Under the pieces are notes generated by a model. The model was not told the origin of the DNA. It ran no database searches and saw nothing but the letters and a program-made list of their open reading frames with translations. 64,000 nucleotides of DNA from positions 836-64,835 of IMG/VR virus record IMGVR_UViG_3300023178_000046; one strand, 5' to 3'. Positions within the stretch are counted from its first letter, which is position 1. Each line of letters opens with the position of its first letter. Positions 1-10,700 of the stretch are shown piece by piece. A program made the position numbers and the translations under genes. The DNA comes from a virus. Its lineage: Duplodnaviria; Caudoviricetes.

Positions 1-2151
1 TGCTCTTGTTTTCTCTAGCTCCATTTCTGCCTGATACTTATATTGCATTTCTTGCATTTGAGATTGAGAAGCAGCTTGAGCTGATTTTATGTTAGACTCT
101 GTCTGCATATTAATATTGGCTTGCTTTTTCTTTAAATCAAGAACCTCTTTTTTACCTTTTCTTATTTTGAGAAGCATGTTAGCCAACTTTATGTTTTTGA
201 CATTTCTTATGTCTATAGCGTCATCTAAATCTATTTTTTCACCTTGAAGAGATTGTTGTATGTTTTGTTCAAGCATATTTTTCTCTTCCTCATCTGGATG
301 CAATTCAATTTCAATACCAAAGTCATGTATATGAAGAGACTTTATATCTTCTAATATATCAACTGCATGACCACCGATCATATTAACAAAACTGTCTCTC
401 ATGTCCCCATATTCAAGCATATCAGAGAATCTATAAGATACTGCAGTAATAAGCTTGTTAACTAGGTTAATTCCAGATTGAAGTATGTGTCTAGTGGCCG
501 TATTAGAGTTTAGTGCCGCTAGCTTCTGTACACCAACAAGAGTTTTTGCATCAGGAGTAGAAGCATCTCTCGCCTCATTGATTCCTGTGACATCTCTTAT
601 CATTTGTATATAATGATTATACATGGAAACTAAAGAATTTATTTTTGCATTAGATCCTGAGCTAGTTAGTTCCTGTACAGGTACTTTTGCATTATTAAAT
701 TCACCTTCCTCGGTCAAACTTCGTCCCACAACACTTCCAGTCTGGAAATACATGCTGAGAGCTTCATTCGGATTATAAATAGCTCCATTTCCAAGATCAA
801 CACTTGCAATGCCGTCTAAATCCAAGTATACTCCATCTGGAATCATTTTTTGAATTACTTGCTGTAATTTTAAATGTGTAAGTTGTATTTGGTCCGCAAA
901 AGGAATCATTCTTTTTACAATAGAATCAATCTGACCTCTGTACATTTTTGGCGCACTTACAATGTATGGAGCATACACCTTTTGTATTCCTGACTTTGGT
1001 CTCACCATGTTTTTCATTAGATCCCACTTGAGAACGTAATTCGTCCCTAGAACAAGAACACCTTCGTACCATACATCTATTCTTTTTGAGCGTTTTACAA
1101 ATCGAGCCTGCTCTGTTTTTGGTGGGCTAAAAGAGTCATCTTTTTCTATAGCTCTTTTCCCTCCATTAGCAGTCTCCTTAACCTTATATACAATGTTTTT
1201 ATCTGTTTTGTAGCAGAAATATAGTAAGGTGGCTGTATTTGAATCGAAATTGTCTGTCTTGTAACCTCCTCTTATACCTTGATATGCATCCCACTTTGCA
1301 CTTAACTTAGATATATCTTTGATATCTTCTTGTGTTAAAGATGGGTCTATTTTTTTTAATTCGGTTATGTTAACGTTTTTTACCTCTCCGAAATAATAGC
1401 AATCATCAAAATTAGGGTCTTCCGTAGGGGACCATATCATATTTGCTGGGTCTACATATTCTATCTTAATACCATCATGGGTATTATAGCTATGCTTTAC
1501 GCTTGATATTCCGATAACAGTTGCATCTTCATCAACTCTTCTTTTTGTAAGCTCAAAATCATTTACGTTGAGAATAGCTTCTAGAGCCTTTTCTTCTGCC
1601 ACCTCTATCTTTTGTTTGTAGGCGAGCTTCATATGTAGCTCTAACTCTTCTGATGTTTCTGGCAGGGCAGCAGGGTCATTAACAAAACCATTTACACCTG
1701 TTTGACTTTGTATATGCTCCAAGATAGGTCTAGCTAGCATATCTTTTTCTATCTCAGTTCTATAGTCTTGTCTTCTAGTCCTAGACGTGTCGTCTACAGC
1801 CTCTACCTTAACATCAAACAATCTGTTCGACATACCGTTAACAACAATATCTACGAATTTTGGTACGATAGGTACAGGAGTCCAGTCAAGGTTTAAATAA
1901 GAAGTGTCACCATTGACCGCTAATTCGTTTTTGTATTTTTGAACAGACTGCTCTCCACGAGCGTACATCCTCAACTTGTGAAAATTATCTCTGTTGTTAT
2001 AAAATCTTGCTGCTCCATTATCTTTTCTAAACCACTCTGACTCTATTGCCTTTCCAACCGTGAGTCCATACTCCTTGGAGGATTTTTTTGAGTCAGGCGC
2101 TAGCTGATCAGGAAAAGAAATGTTAGCAATTTTAAAGTCGTCTCTTAGCAT
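1..2151 (-). CDS. Portal protein (3' end runs off the window)
   Basis: Not in the ORF track. Translated by eye from ATG at 2151: MLRDDFKIANISFPDQLA...YARGEQSVQKYKNELAVNGDTSYLNLDWTPVPIVPKFVDIVVNG, resembling Bacteroidota-phage portals; directly downstream of terminase. Confidence 0.85.
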   Translation of the reverse strand, partial: MLRDDFKIANISFPDQLAPDSKKSSKEYGLTVGKAIESEWFRKDNGAARFYNNRDNFHKLRMYARGEQSVQKYKNELAVNGDTSYLNLDWTPVPIVPKFVDIVVNGMSNRLFDVKVEAVDDTSRTRRQDYRTEIEKDMLARPILEHIQSQTGVNGFVNDPAALPETSEELELHMKLAYKQKIEVAEEKALEAILNVNDFELTKRRVDEDATVIGISSVKHSYNTHDGIKIEYVDPANMIWSPTEDPNFDDCYYFGEVKNVNITELKKIDPSLTQEDIKDISKLSAKWDAYQGIRGGYKTDNFDSNTATLLYFCYKTDKNIVYKVKETANGGKRAIEKDDSFSPPKTEQARFVKRSKRIDVWYEGVLVLGTNYVLKWDLMKNMVRPKSGIQKVYAPYIVSAPKMYRGQIDSIVKRMIPFADQIQLTHLKLQQVIQKMIPDGVYLDLDGIASVDLGNGAIYNPNEALSMYFQTGSVVGRSLTEEGEFNNAKVPVQELTSSGSNAKINSLVSMYNHYIQMIRDVTGINEARDASTPDAKTLVGVQKLAALNSNTATRHILQSGINLVNKLITAVSYRFSDMLEYGDMRDSFVNMIGGHAVDILEDIKSLHIHDFGIEIELHPDEEEKNMLEQNIQQSLQGEKIDLDDAIDIRNVKNIKLANMLLKIRKGKKEVLDLKKKQANINMQTESNIKSAQAASQSQMQEMQYKYQAEMELEKTRA

Positions 2152-2155
2152 ACCG

Positions 2156-4372
2156 TTACTTTATAATTTCGCTGTTCAGGCCTGTATTATCGTACTTTGC
2201 AAAGTTAACGTTTATTTTATTATACTTTTTCTCAGGCTTATTTATAAATCTTTGATTTGCCATTATGGCTAGACCAGAGCTAACTGTGGCGTCAAACTTG
2301 GTTCTATTAAATATGTTGTAGTTGGACCAATCCTTCAATGTTCTCATAAAATACATCTTTCCCATAGCCCCTACATCTCTGTAGACACCTATATTGTCTA
2401 CTCCTACATTCTTCTCTATGTAAGCTTCAATTGCTTCAGCGTGAATAGATATCACCGCTTGTGATGAAGGAACTCCACCAAGCTCTCTTTCAGACTTAGA
2501 AAGATCGTGTTTTAGCTTGTCTGGTCTGTTCATAGAGAAAGCTCTATAGCCTCTGTTCTTCATATAGTAAAGCAACCTTGGCTTATTATTCTCAACTAAT
2601 ATAGGCATTCCATAAAAATGCATTGCCATCAAAACATCCTCATAAAACAACTCTGCCGTTTGTGGTCTTGCTATGTATTCCAGGAAAAACAGTTCAGATG
2701 GAGCGTTGTCAAAATTAACCTTTGTAAGCCCATGTAAAGCACCTTTTGAACCTGACCCACCAACAACTCCAGATATATCATAAGAGTCACAACCAAAGCT
2801 TCCTATGTGGTCGTTAAGAGGGAAAAACTTTCCTCCGTCTTTTCTTACATTATTCCTCAGTTCTTTTGGTGGTAACCAAGTTACATAGAACCTGCCTTTT
2901 CTATTAGGCATCCAGACAACTTGTGAATCTCTTTTACCGTCCATCCAATGAAAGTCTCCTCTTTGAACAATAGACTCGATACCTGTAGTGTCGTTGTAAT
3001 CTATCTGTTCGTATATCTTTGTTAGATTAAAAAGGCTGTTTTTAGACTCATCTCTAAATGCATGGTTCTCTGACCTCGGAAACTGTCTGTAAAATTCATT
3101 TAATGCGTCTGCATCGTTTTTTAAAGAATAAACTTCATTTTCCCAATAATCCAATACTCCTTGATCGATGTAATCACCATATGTTGTTAGCGTTTCCTCT
3201 TTTGGAGTTCTAAACACAGGCTGTCCATACATATCTATAAAACCTTCCATATTCCATTCCATTGGAATAAAAAGATGATATAGTCCGCTTTTAGTCTGTC
3301 CATTGGAGTTTCTTTCCTGTGGATTGCTATCGTAGAATAGTTTTTTGAAGTTGTCTCCTCCTTTATCTAAAGCGTTTGATGTTGATCCCATCATACACTT
3401 TCCTATAATCCTACGACCTAATCTTAGCGTAGTTTTAGTGACACGCCAGTTGTTGAGGATATTATCTGGACGTTCCCATTTTCCAGATTCATCATGCACA
3501 AGGAGTCGTAGCTTTTCCCCATCGTAGGAGTTATCTCCAGTGTTTTTCCAGTCAATAGTTGTGTCGAGCCCTGTAAGATTGTCTGTGTCTTCTGTATTTT
3601 CGATATTCTTTCTTGTGAGCTTTGATGCTGGTACTCTGTAGGCAAGCTCTGTTTTTGGTCTATCCATACCATCTTGAATTGGTCTGAAGAAGAATGGATA
3701 GTTTGTTGAGATTGGGACAACCTTGTCGGTGAACATTTTTTTGGCATCTGCACCAGTCTTGGATAAAATACCGAACCTAGCATCTGAGGTGATTGTAGCT
3801 TGGTTGACTGTTTCTGACGATGACATAAAGCTAAATCCACTCCGTCTATTTTTGAGGTAGCACATTCCATAACATCTGTCGTCTGCTTTGCACGCTTCCC
3901 AATAAATAAAAAAGATTCTGTTTGATTCTCTGTACTCTGGCTTTCCAACATCAATCTTTGTCCATTGGAGGTACATGTAGTGAGACCCAGTAATATAAGT
4001 AGGATTACCATTATTTTTAAACCAGAAACCAGAATCTCTTCTTTCAAACTCATCTTCAATGTATGGGATCCATGACTCTTTGAATGAAGACGACATGCCA
4101 TTCCACTGGAATATGGTCTTGATCTTATTGAGCTCTTTTGGGTATTCAAACTCCTCCCAGAACTGCTCCTCTTTTTTCTTGCTGCGCTCATGTATTTTTT
4201 TTGGCTGCAAAGGTAAGGCTATTTTCAACCCACTTATATTGACTACATCGCCAATTTGTCCTGTTTTAGATATAACCACAACATCATGGTCTTTGTTGTA
4301 GCCATAATCCCAAGCTTTATTTTTATTTAGTTTGTCTATCACTTTTGAATCAATGTGATAAACAAGCCTCAT
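2156..4372 (-). CDS. terL: Terminase large subunit
   Basis: Walker A-like YLKNRRSGFS, Walker B LLVHDESGKW, MGST coupling motif, RuvC-like FGCDSYD...KFDATVSSG. Start moved from 4450 to ATG 4372 (MRLVY) to avoid overlap with the upstream gene. Confidence 0.92.
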   Translation of the reverse strand: MRLVYHIDSKVIDKLNKNKAWDYGYNKDHDVVVISKTGQIGDVVNISGLKIALPLQPKKIHERSKKKEEQFWEEFEYPKELNKIKTIFQWNGMSSSFKESWIPYIEDEFERRDSGFWFKNNGNPTYITGSHYMYLQWTKIDVGKPEYRESNRIFFIYWEACKADDRCYGMCYLKNRRSGFSFMSSSETVNQATITSDARFGILSKTGADAKKMFTDKVVPISTNYPFFFRPIQDGMDRPKTELAYRVPASKLTRKNIENTEDTDNLTGLDTTIDWKNTGDNSYDGEKLRLLVHDESGKWERPDNILNNWRVTKTTLRLGRRIIGKCMMGSTSNALDKGGDNFKKLFYDSNPQERNSNGQTKSGLYHLFIPMEWNMEGFIDMYGQPVFRTPKEETLTTYGDYIDQGVLDYWENEVYSLKNDADALNEFYRQFPRSENHAFRDESKNSLFNLTKIYEQIDYNDTTGIESIVQRGDFHWMDGKRDSQVVWMPNRKGRFYVTWLPPKELRNNVRKDGGKFFPLNDHIGSFGCDSYDISGVVGGSGSKGALHGLTKVNFDNAPSELFFLEYIARPQTAELFYEDVLMAMHFYGMPILVENNKPRLLYYMKNRGYRAFSMNRPDKLKHDLSKSERELGGVPSSQAVISIHAEAIEAYIEKNVGVDNIGVYRDVGAMGKMYFMRTLKDWSNYNIFNRTKFDATVSSGLAIMANQRFINKPEKKYNKINVNFAKYDNTGLNSEIIK

Positions 4373-4376
4373 AAGC

Positions 4377-4673
4377 TCAAGACTTTCTACCTCTCGACTC
4401 AGCGAAGCCTTGGAAAGACTCTTCTTTTTTGGTTTCTTTAGATCCTCCATCTTCGAGCTTTTCTCTTTCTAGTTGTATTCTGTTCAATATCTCAAATGCA
4501 TCGAATATAGCCAGCTTCTTTGTGGCAGCAGCGTTTTTCAATCTATCTGCAGCTAAATCTTCTGATGGGTCATCTGTTATGATTTCATCATGAGCAACCT
4601 TGATGAGCTCCTCTACAGCCTTTTCGCCTGCAGCAATGACTCTTTCTATGGTTTCTTTAATATCTTTTGACAT
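4377..4673 (-). CDS. Helical protein upstream of terL, possible terminase small subunit
   Basis: ORF with DLAADRLKNAAATKKLAIFDAFEIL; function inferred from position only; ATG at 4673. Confidence 0.55.
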   Translation of the reverse strand: MSKDIKETIERVIAAGEKAVEELIKVAHDEIITDDPSEDLAADRLKNAAATKKLAIFDAFEILNRIQLEREKLEDGGSKETKKEESFQGFAESRGRKS

Positions 4674-4731
4674 AAACGTACTCAAAGCTTCCTGAGAACG
4701 TAGTTGTAGCGTACCAGTAATCTTTATCCAT
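4657..4731 (-). CDS. Putative 24-aa micro-ORF
   Basis: MDKDYWYATTTFSGSFEYVYVKRY*; fills the gap between neighbours, A-rich leader (taaattaaaATG). Confidence 0.4.
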   Translation of the reverse strand: MDKDYWYATTTFSGSFEYVYVKRY

Positions 4732-4732
4732 T

Positions 4733-5293
4733 TTAATTTAATTTAATGCAAATATCTTTAGTCTTCATTCGATAGAGTAATGTGTCGTTAATTTCGAACT
4801 CATATTCACTATCATCTAAATATCCAACCCTATCTCCTTCTGTAACACCTAATGCTTGCAAAGACTTGTTTGTGTATTTCATAGTTCCTATATTCTTATT
4901 ATATCTTCCTACAAAAACTCCTGTCTCCTCCTCTTTTTCTGGACGGACAAAACAAAACTCATCAAAGCTAAACCAGTTATTATCTTTCTTAACAAGGTAT
5001 ATTTGATATATGTCTACAAGATACAAATTATCTTTGAAATGCTCACGGCTTTTACGCTCATAGCCTTTCATGTCATAATATGATCTAAAAATATTGTGAT
5101 GTATTACAACTAAATCTCCTTTCGAGATTTCTCCTTTGTAACCAACAGGCACTTCTACAACTTCTCCTATACGGTTTACATCCTTATGATTTTCTATGGA
5201 TGAGGTAAGTATTACTCCGTTTTTCTCTTTGTTGTATTCTGACCGTCCGTGTGGTTGTATTAAGAATTTATTTAATGGATTAAAAATTGACAT
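4733..5293 (-). CDS. GroES-like (two GroES-fold repeats) protein
   Basis: PLNKFLIQP...GVIL...GEVVEVP...ISKGDLVV and a second FCFVRP...GVTEGDRVGY...LYRMKTKDI repeat resemble the Cpn10 fold. Confidence 0.6.
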   Translation of the reverse strand: MSIFNPLNKFLIQPHGRSEYNKEKNGVILTSSIENHKDVNRIGEVVEVPVGYKGEISKGDLVVIHHNIFRSYYDMKGYERKSREHFKDNLYLVDIYQIYLVKKDNNWFSFDEFCFVRPEKEEETGVFVGRYNKNIGTMKYTNKSLQALGVTEGDRVGYLDDSEYEFEINDTLLYRMKTKDICIKLN

Positions 5294-5498
5294 TATATTC
5301 GATTGTAATAGGCATATTCTTATTGAATTCTTTCCATTTTTTTATTTCATCGCCTTTTTGTATCCATACATTGTAACTTAGATCGTCTTGCGTTACAGCG
5401 TGTATTTTCCAATCACCACCCATAACGACTTGATCAATCATATAATGCATAGCATCCTTGTAGTTAGCTCCTACAGAAATCTTTCTAATATGCTTCAT
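5280..5498 (-). CDS. Hypothetical protein
   Basis: 72-aa ORF in operon, overlapping next gene. Confidence 0.7.
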   Translation of the reverse strand: MKHIRKISVGANYKDAMHYMIDQVVMGGDWKIHAVTQDDLSYNVWIQKGDEIKKWKEFNKNMPITIEYNVNF

Positions 5499-5521
5499 TT
5501 AATTAAATGATATGAAACTTT

Positions 5522-6298
5522 TTATATTTGTACAATAGGATCTTTCATCCATCCTGCTGCTGCGTAATTTGAGTAATTTCCAGGATTTGTAAGCAACCCT
5601 GTAGTCCCATAGTGTTCTATCTTGAGGCTGTTAGAAAAACTTAGATATGGAACTTGCCACTTATAACAAGAAGCAACACTTAAAACACCAATATATTGAT
5701 TTGCTGATCGAACTCCGTACTTATCTGGTCTTGTTCCCCAATAAGTTGCTGGATCATATCTATGCTCTCCGTGCTCATAATAGCTGTTAGGAGACGGATT
5801 GTATCCTGAACCAGTTTGAGGAAGGTCTGTAAAATAGCCCCAAAGAGCCTTATCATGATAAGGGCCTCCTGAGGTCGTTGTTTCTTTATTAGAAGCTAAG
5901 TAACTTGCGGTGTCTTCTCCTATTGTCATGTTTTGCTTCTTAAATGTGTAAGAGGAACCGTCTACTGTTATCCTCATCCAACTCTCTGTGTTTGTATCTC
6001 CATTTGCTGCAACTCCAATAACCCAATATAGCCTACCTGCACCACCTGAGTAATCAACGTGTGTTTCCCAAGTGTTTTCTGCTGATAATACCATATAATC
6101 AAAAGTTTCATCACACTGAAAACTCACTCCATTCCAGAAATATTGATTGTTCATCGCATCGTAGGAAGTAGAGCCGTATTTAAAATATAAATTATTCCAC
6201 CTACTACCCTGAAAAGGCATTTTAGTTGGATCTGTTACTATTGATGAATCAGTTCCGCTACCTTGTGCGTCTCCAAAAAATGATGATAATAATGCCAT
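5522..6298 (-). CDS. Putative tail tip/receptor-binding protein (paralogue of 6311-7219)
   Basis: G/Y/S/N-rich; shares N-terminus and ITVDGSxYTF with neighbour. Confidence 0.55.
   Translation of the reverse strand: MALLSSFFGDAQGSGTDSSIVTDPTKMPFQGSRWNNLYFKYGSTSYDAMNNQYFWNGVSFQCDETFDYMVLSAENTWETHVDYSGGAGRLYWVIGVAANGDTNTESWMRITVDGSSYTFKKQNMTIGEDTASYLASNKETTTSGGPYHDKALWGYFTDLPQTGSGYNPSPNSYYEHGEHRYDPATYWGTRPDKYGVRSANQYIGVLSVASCYKWQVPYLSFSNSLKIEHYGTTGLLTNPGNYSNYAAAGWMKDPIVQI
6249..6290. repeat. 42-bp direct repeat, copy 1
   Basis: tcagttccgctaccttgtgcgtctccaaaaaatgatgataat, identical to 7170-7211. Confidence 0.9.
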
Positions 6299-6310
6299 GT
6301 TTTATGTTTT

Positions 6311-7219
6311 TTATATAATAACTGTTGGGTCTACAATTCTTTTTGCGTAGGCTCTGTGAGTATATCTGTGATTAGTATAACCTGCTGATCCTGTACCATT
6401 AGTCACTGTGTCTGTACTTTTATTAACTGCACACTCAACTTTAATACTGTTTTCATATCTTACAGAAGGTCTTCTTCCCTCTACAAACCATGAAGGATGT
6501 AATACATATGTTGTACCTCTTGCAGACCAATCATAAACACCAAATTCATCTTCTTGATCATAGTTAAACCAACTGCTGTTCATGTAGTCACCATACGGAG
6601 CCCCTATAAAGTTACCAGCTCTACCTCCATAAGAACTAGTGTAATATCCTCCACTTCTTCCAAAATGACCCCACTCTAGATGTTGATAACCTAATTGAGA
6701 ACTAGCTACATTATTGTGGGTTCTCAACACAGTTTGAAAAGTATACGCACTTCCATCAACAGTAATTCTTATTTTAGAAATAGCTTTATCTCCTGCATTA
6801 AAATCATAAGTAGCATTCCAAGCCCCAAATCCTTTTACATAACACAAATTACCAGCCTCGTTAGAGTGATCCATTATTGTTATCCACTCACCTGCATAAG
6901 TAGCAGAGTCGTATTGAGCCCAATCAGCTCCCAATCTAGCAAATGTAGTACTACTAGCTAAAGTACCATTGTCATCAAGCGTATTGGTGTTTCCACCAGG
7001 AGCGGTATATGGATCTCCACCAGTAGTTTGCCCTGTATTGCTATAACTATAATACCAAAAATTATTTTCATGATCTCCGTAAAAGGAATGACTATCACTA
7101 TACTTATAGTAAACAGGACTGGCACTGTGATTAACAGGCAATTTACGAGGGTCTGTTATTACTGAGGTGTCAGTTCCGCTACCTTGTGCGTCTCCAAAAA
7201 ATGATGATAATGTTGCCAT
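6311..7219 (-). CDS. Putative tail tip/receptor-binding protein (paralogue of 5522-6298)
   Basis: MATLSSFFGDAQGSGTD N-terminus; aromatic/Gly-rich. Confidence 0.55.
   Translation of the reverse strand: MATLSSFFGDAQGSGTDTSVITDPRKLPVNHSASPVYYKYSDSHSFYGDHENNFWYYSYSNTGQTTGGDPYTAPGGNTNTLDDNGTLASSTTFARLGADWAQYDSATYAGEWITIMDHSNEAGNLCYVKGFGAWNATYDFNAGDKAISKIRITVDGSAYTFQTVLRTHNNVASSQLGYQHLEWGHFGRSGGYYTSSYGGRAGNFIGAPYGDYMNSSWFNYDQEDEFGVYDWSARGTTYVLHPSWFVEGRRPSVRYENSIKVECAVNKSTDTVTNGTGSAGYTNHRYTHRAYAKRIVDPTVII
7170..7211. repeat. 42-bp direct repeat, copy 2
   Basis: Identical to 6249-6290. Confidence 0.9.
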
Positions 7220-7225
7220 AATTTA

Positions 7226-7714
7226 TTAGTTTTGTCCGATTACAACCCAACCTTTGTTTGATCCACTATAAACCATTTCAAAAGAACTATATCTGTTATC
7301 TAGAGTTAACGCTCCAGACAATCCTAATATCTTTTCTGCTCCCCCATCTACCTGGCAAGTGTCTACTTGAGAAAGGTTTGATATTTTAACACTATGTCCC
7401 ACCGTTGGGCTTGATGGCAGTGTTAGAACCAAATTTGCTGTTAGAACGTAAACCGCTCCAGCTACTGCTGTTGTGTCTGTACTTATTTCAAAAACACTAT
7501 ACAGTGTATCGTTTGCGTCTAGAGTGACGTTCCCATTCCTTCCGTTTACTGAGTTTACGTCTGCCGCATCGTCTCCTTCAAAGTCCGTTCTCAACTGTGC
7601 TACGTCATCGTATAGCTCAATAAAATTGTCGTTGCTTTTATCGAATGCACTTCGAATTCCCTCTCCTGTGCCATCGTTAGCTACGGTTCCGATTAAAATG
7701 TGTTGTCTTGCCAT
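7226..7714 (-). CDS. Tail fibre/baseplate-type protein with T4 gp9/gp10-like N-terminal motif
   Basis: IGTVANDGTGEGIRSAFDKSNDNFIELY motif, VNSVNGRNGNVTL fibre motif, LTLPSSPTVG module. Confidence 0.7.
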   Translation of the reverse strand: MARQHILIGTVANDGTGEGIRSAFDKSNDNFIELYDDVAQLRTDFEGDDAADVNSVNGRNGNVTLDANDTLYSVFEISTDTTAVAGAVYVLTANLVLTLPSSPTVGHSVKISNLSQVDTCQVDGGAEKILGLSGALTLDNRYSSFEMVYSGSNKGWVVIGQN

Positions 7715-7725
7715 GGTTCTTTACT

Positions 7726-10700
7726 TTATATGATAAATGGTATCTGTGTTGTTGTTGTTGTCGTTGTTGGTATTACGTATGATTGATCTCCGCACTCTTC
7801 TTCAAATATGAGTCTGTTTTGCCCACCACCGTAACCTGCGTGAGTATAGTAACTAGCTATTCCAAAATCAGCGCTTACATAAAGCTTAACATCACCCCAG
7901 AACATCTGATATTGATTTCCGTCTGGGCCTAAGTGTGTTATGTTTTTATTTGCATCTCCCCTTACATATATCTTTTGATAAAATCCATCATTTAAGACAG
8001 TGAAAGCATGCGTTTGAGGTACATTTTTAAGCAAGTACTGACCTGTGTTAAGTCCTTGTAGCAAAAACTCATTATAAGGAACTGCATCAAACTCTAACTC
8101 TCCGTTTCCATTAACGGTAACTTCTACCTCATTAAGAAGACATTTTGTGTAATAAGTGTTCGCTAAAGTTGTTGTTGTTGTAGTTGGTGCTGCTGTAGTC
8201 GTTGTGGTTGTGCTTCTATCCCAGCTAAAACAATTCTGAGCCCCTGCATAACCTAAACTAAATTCATACAGACTAACAGTTACAAATGGTTGATCCACTA
8301 TTACAGTTATCGCTCCACTATAAAAATAGTAAGGGATGTCGTTTATAGTCTTAATAGATCTTTTGTAGAAATCACCGCTATAGCTTATATTTGAATGCTG
8401 AGGTCCAAAATTTCCTGAGTTTGTTGCACCTTCTATAGCTATAGAAAGAGTGTCTGGTACATTAAATATGTAAGTTCCTTCAGGAAGGACAATTCTTTCT
8501 CCTTGAGCAGCCAAACTGCTAAACGTAGATGGTGTTGCTAACGAACCTCCTTGTATGCCCAACTGTCCTCCTTGTTCGAATATATCAAAAGATTCGTTAG
8601 TCAAAGATATTGCTGTTGTATAATTTTCATCTCCATAGTCTGGAGCAGCAGTCGTAGTTGTAGTTGTAGGCTCTTGAATTACATCGTAAATTGGAGCTAC
8701 CGTAGTAGTTGTTGTTGATGTAGTAACTCTAACAATATCGCTTCCCATTGTTTGTGAGTTTCCGTCACAAGTGAACCCTGTGAAGCTACTAGCATCAATA
8801 ATGTCGCTATCAACTTTTATAGTATCATTATCAGCTCTAACTCCGTCTAAAAAGTCTTGGTGAATAAATATGTTTTCCATTCCAAGATCTCCATTACCAT
8901 AAGACCAAAGACTTACTCTTCCAAAGTTTCCTTCAACTTTTATAGTTATGTCTCCATAATAAAAATCATAAACTCCATCGTTATTACTTCCAACAACATT
9001 TTTTAGCTTCTTTTTTGTTGGATCTCCTGTATATGATATTTCTGGGTATTTTCCAAGGTTTAATACTGCTAATGGATCTGTTTCTGGTACATTTTCAATA
9101 GTATAAATACCATTCTCTAAAACGTAGTAAGTGTTGTCGAACTCTGTCTTTTCGTTAAATAGAATACGCCACTTATTAAAATGAACCTTATTAACCCCCT
9201 TACCTTCTATCAAGCACTCTAGTCTAGTTAGACCTTCTTCTCCTGTAGGTAGTGCTGGTGCTTGCGTTGTAGTTGTGGTTGTAACTTGAGATACATCAGC
9301 TCCTAAATCATAAGAACTTAATACAAATCTAGTTCCTGGAACAGTACCCACTATACCTCTATTATCTATAATTGATAGTTGAAAAGAGTATGTTACATCA
9401 AAAAGACTTTCATCCCATGTATATCCATTTAAACTTGTTGCATATCCCCCTGGTATTGGAATAATATATATTCCGTTGGCATACAATACTCTTTGTGAAG
9501 CTGTCGTTCCATATTGAAACCAGTATCTGTCGTAATTATATCCTCCCTGCGACAAGTCGTACCCTACCTCGTCTGGGAATGTCATTATTAAGTTCCTATT
9601 GTCGCCTGATTGTGAATAATATTGTGTAACCCAAAATCTCCCATTTTGATAGGTTGCATAAAGCATAGAATAATAAGATGTAGATCCTTGCTGAATATTA
9701 ACATCACCTACCCTTACTATATCTTGATTTATCAAAGCACCGTTATCACCCCAATCCGAAACAAAAACATTGTTCTCACCAGCAACCATGTAGTAATAAC
9801 CAGTGTTAACGCCATATGATGGTACATTGACTAGCTCATAATTTGTGCTTCCAGGCGTTATCAATATTTTACCTAAGTCCCACTGGTTGGATGGATTTCT
9901 ATAAGTTGCAAGTATAGTGGTGTCGTTTAGGTTTGCCATGGAAAGAGTGTTACTGTTTCCAAAACTGCCTGTTACGTTTGTAAATGCTCCACTAAAGTCT
10001 CCTGTGTTCCAAAGAATAGAACCCTTACTTAATATCGGATCCCATCCACAAAAAAACCAAACGCCATTTGCCGAATCATAGGCAATAGTGTCCCACCTGT
10101 GGTCCATATAGAACTCTTGAGTAGGATGTGAAGCTGTGTTCCATGTTTTTAAATCGTCACTCCACAAAAATGAGCTTGATCTACCACTATTAACACCAGT
10201 TCTTATAGCCAAAAAGTATCTGCCTCCAACATATTTGATTGATTGATCATCTTGTGTAGGATCGTCAAATACTTCTGTTTGATTAAATTTAAGGTATTGT
10301 CTTAGCTTTTTAAATACTTCAGCATTTGAGAATATAGCTGCTGCTGAGTTTGGATTCTCCGTGAATGCTTTTAGTCCGTTAGGAGCATTAAGTAAAGCAT
10401 CCAAAGCCTCATCATTACCCAATATTAAATCAACGGCAGTAGAGCTTTCCGCTATATCAAATGCAGTTTTAGCGTTATCGATAATAATACCAAAACCAAT
10501 ATGTCCAGACACGGTGTTTAAAAAAGCGTCAAACTCTGCTTGTGTTCTTCCCTCAGCCGTTATGTATATAAATGCATTAGACTCTAACTTAGAGTTTTCC
10601 TCTCTAGTTATGTTGGAAAGAATTAAGTTGTATGCGGTTGTTCCAATGCCTATTATCTCATCATATCTGTCATGAGACTGCATTTTTTCCAGTAGATTCG

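Noticed and set aside
3424-4191. 255-aa alternate-frame ORF inside terL (possible intron or homing endonuclease)
   Set aside because: terL is continuous through this region and the product has no nuclease motif.
5522-7219. Diversity-generating retroelement TR/VR pair
   Set aside because: The repeat is an exact 42 bp at the 5' ends, has no adenine-specific mismatches, and no reverse transcriptase is visible.
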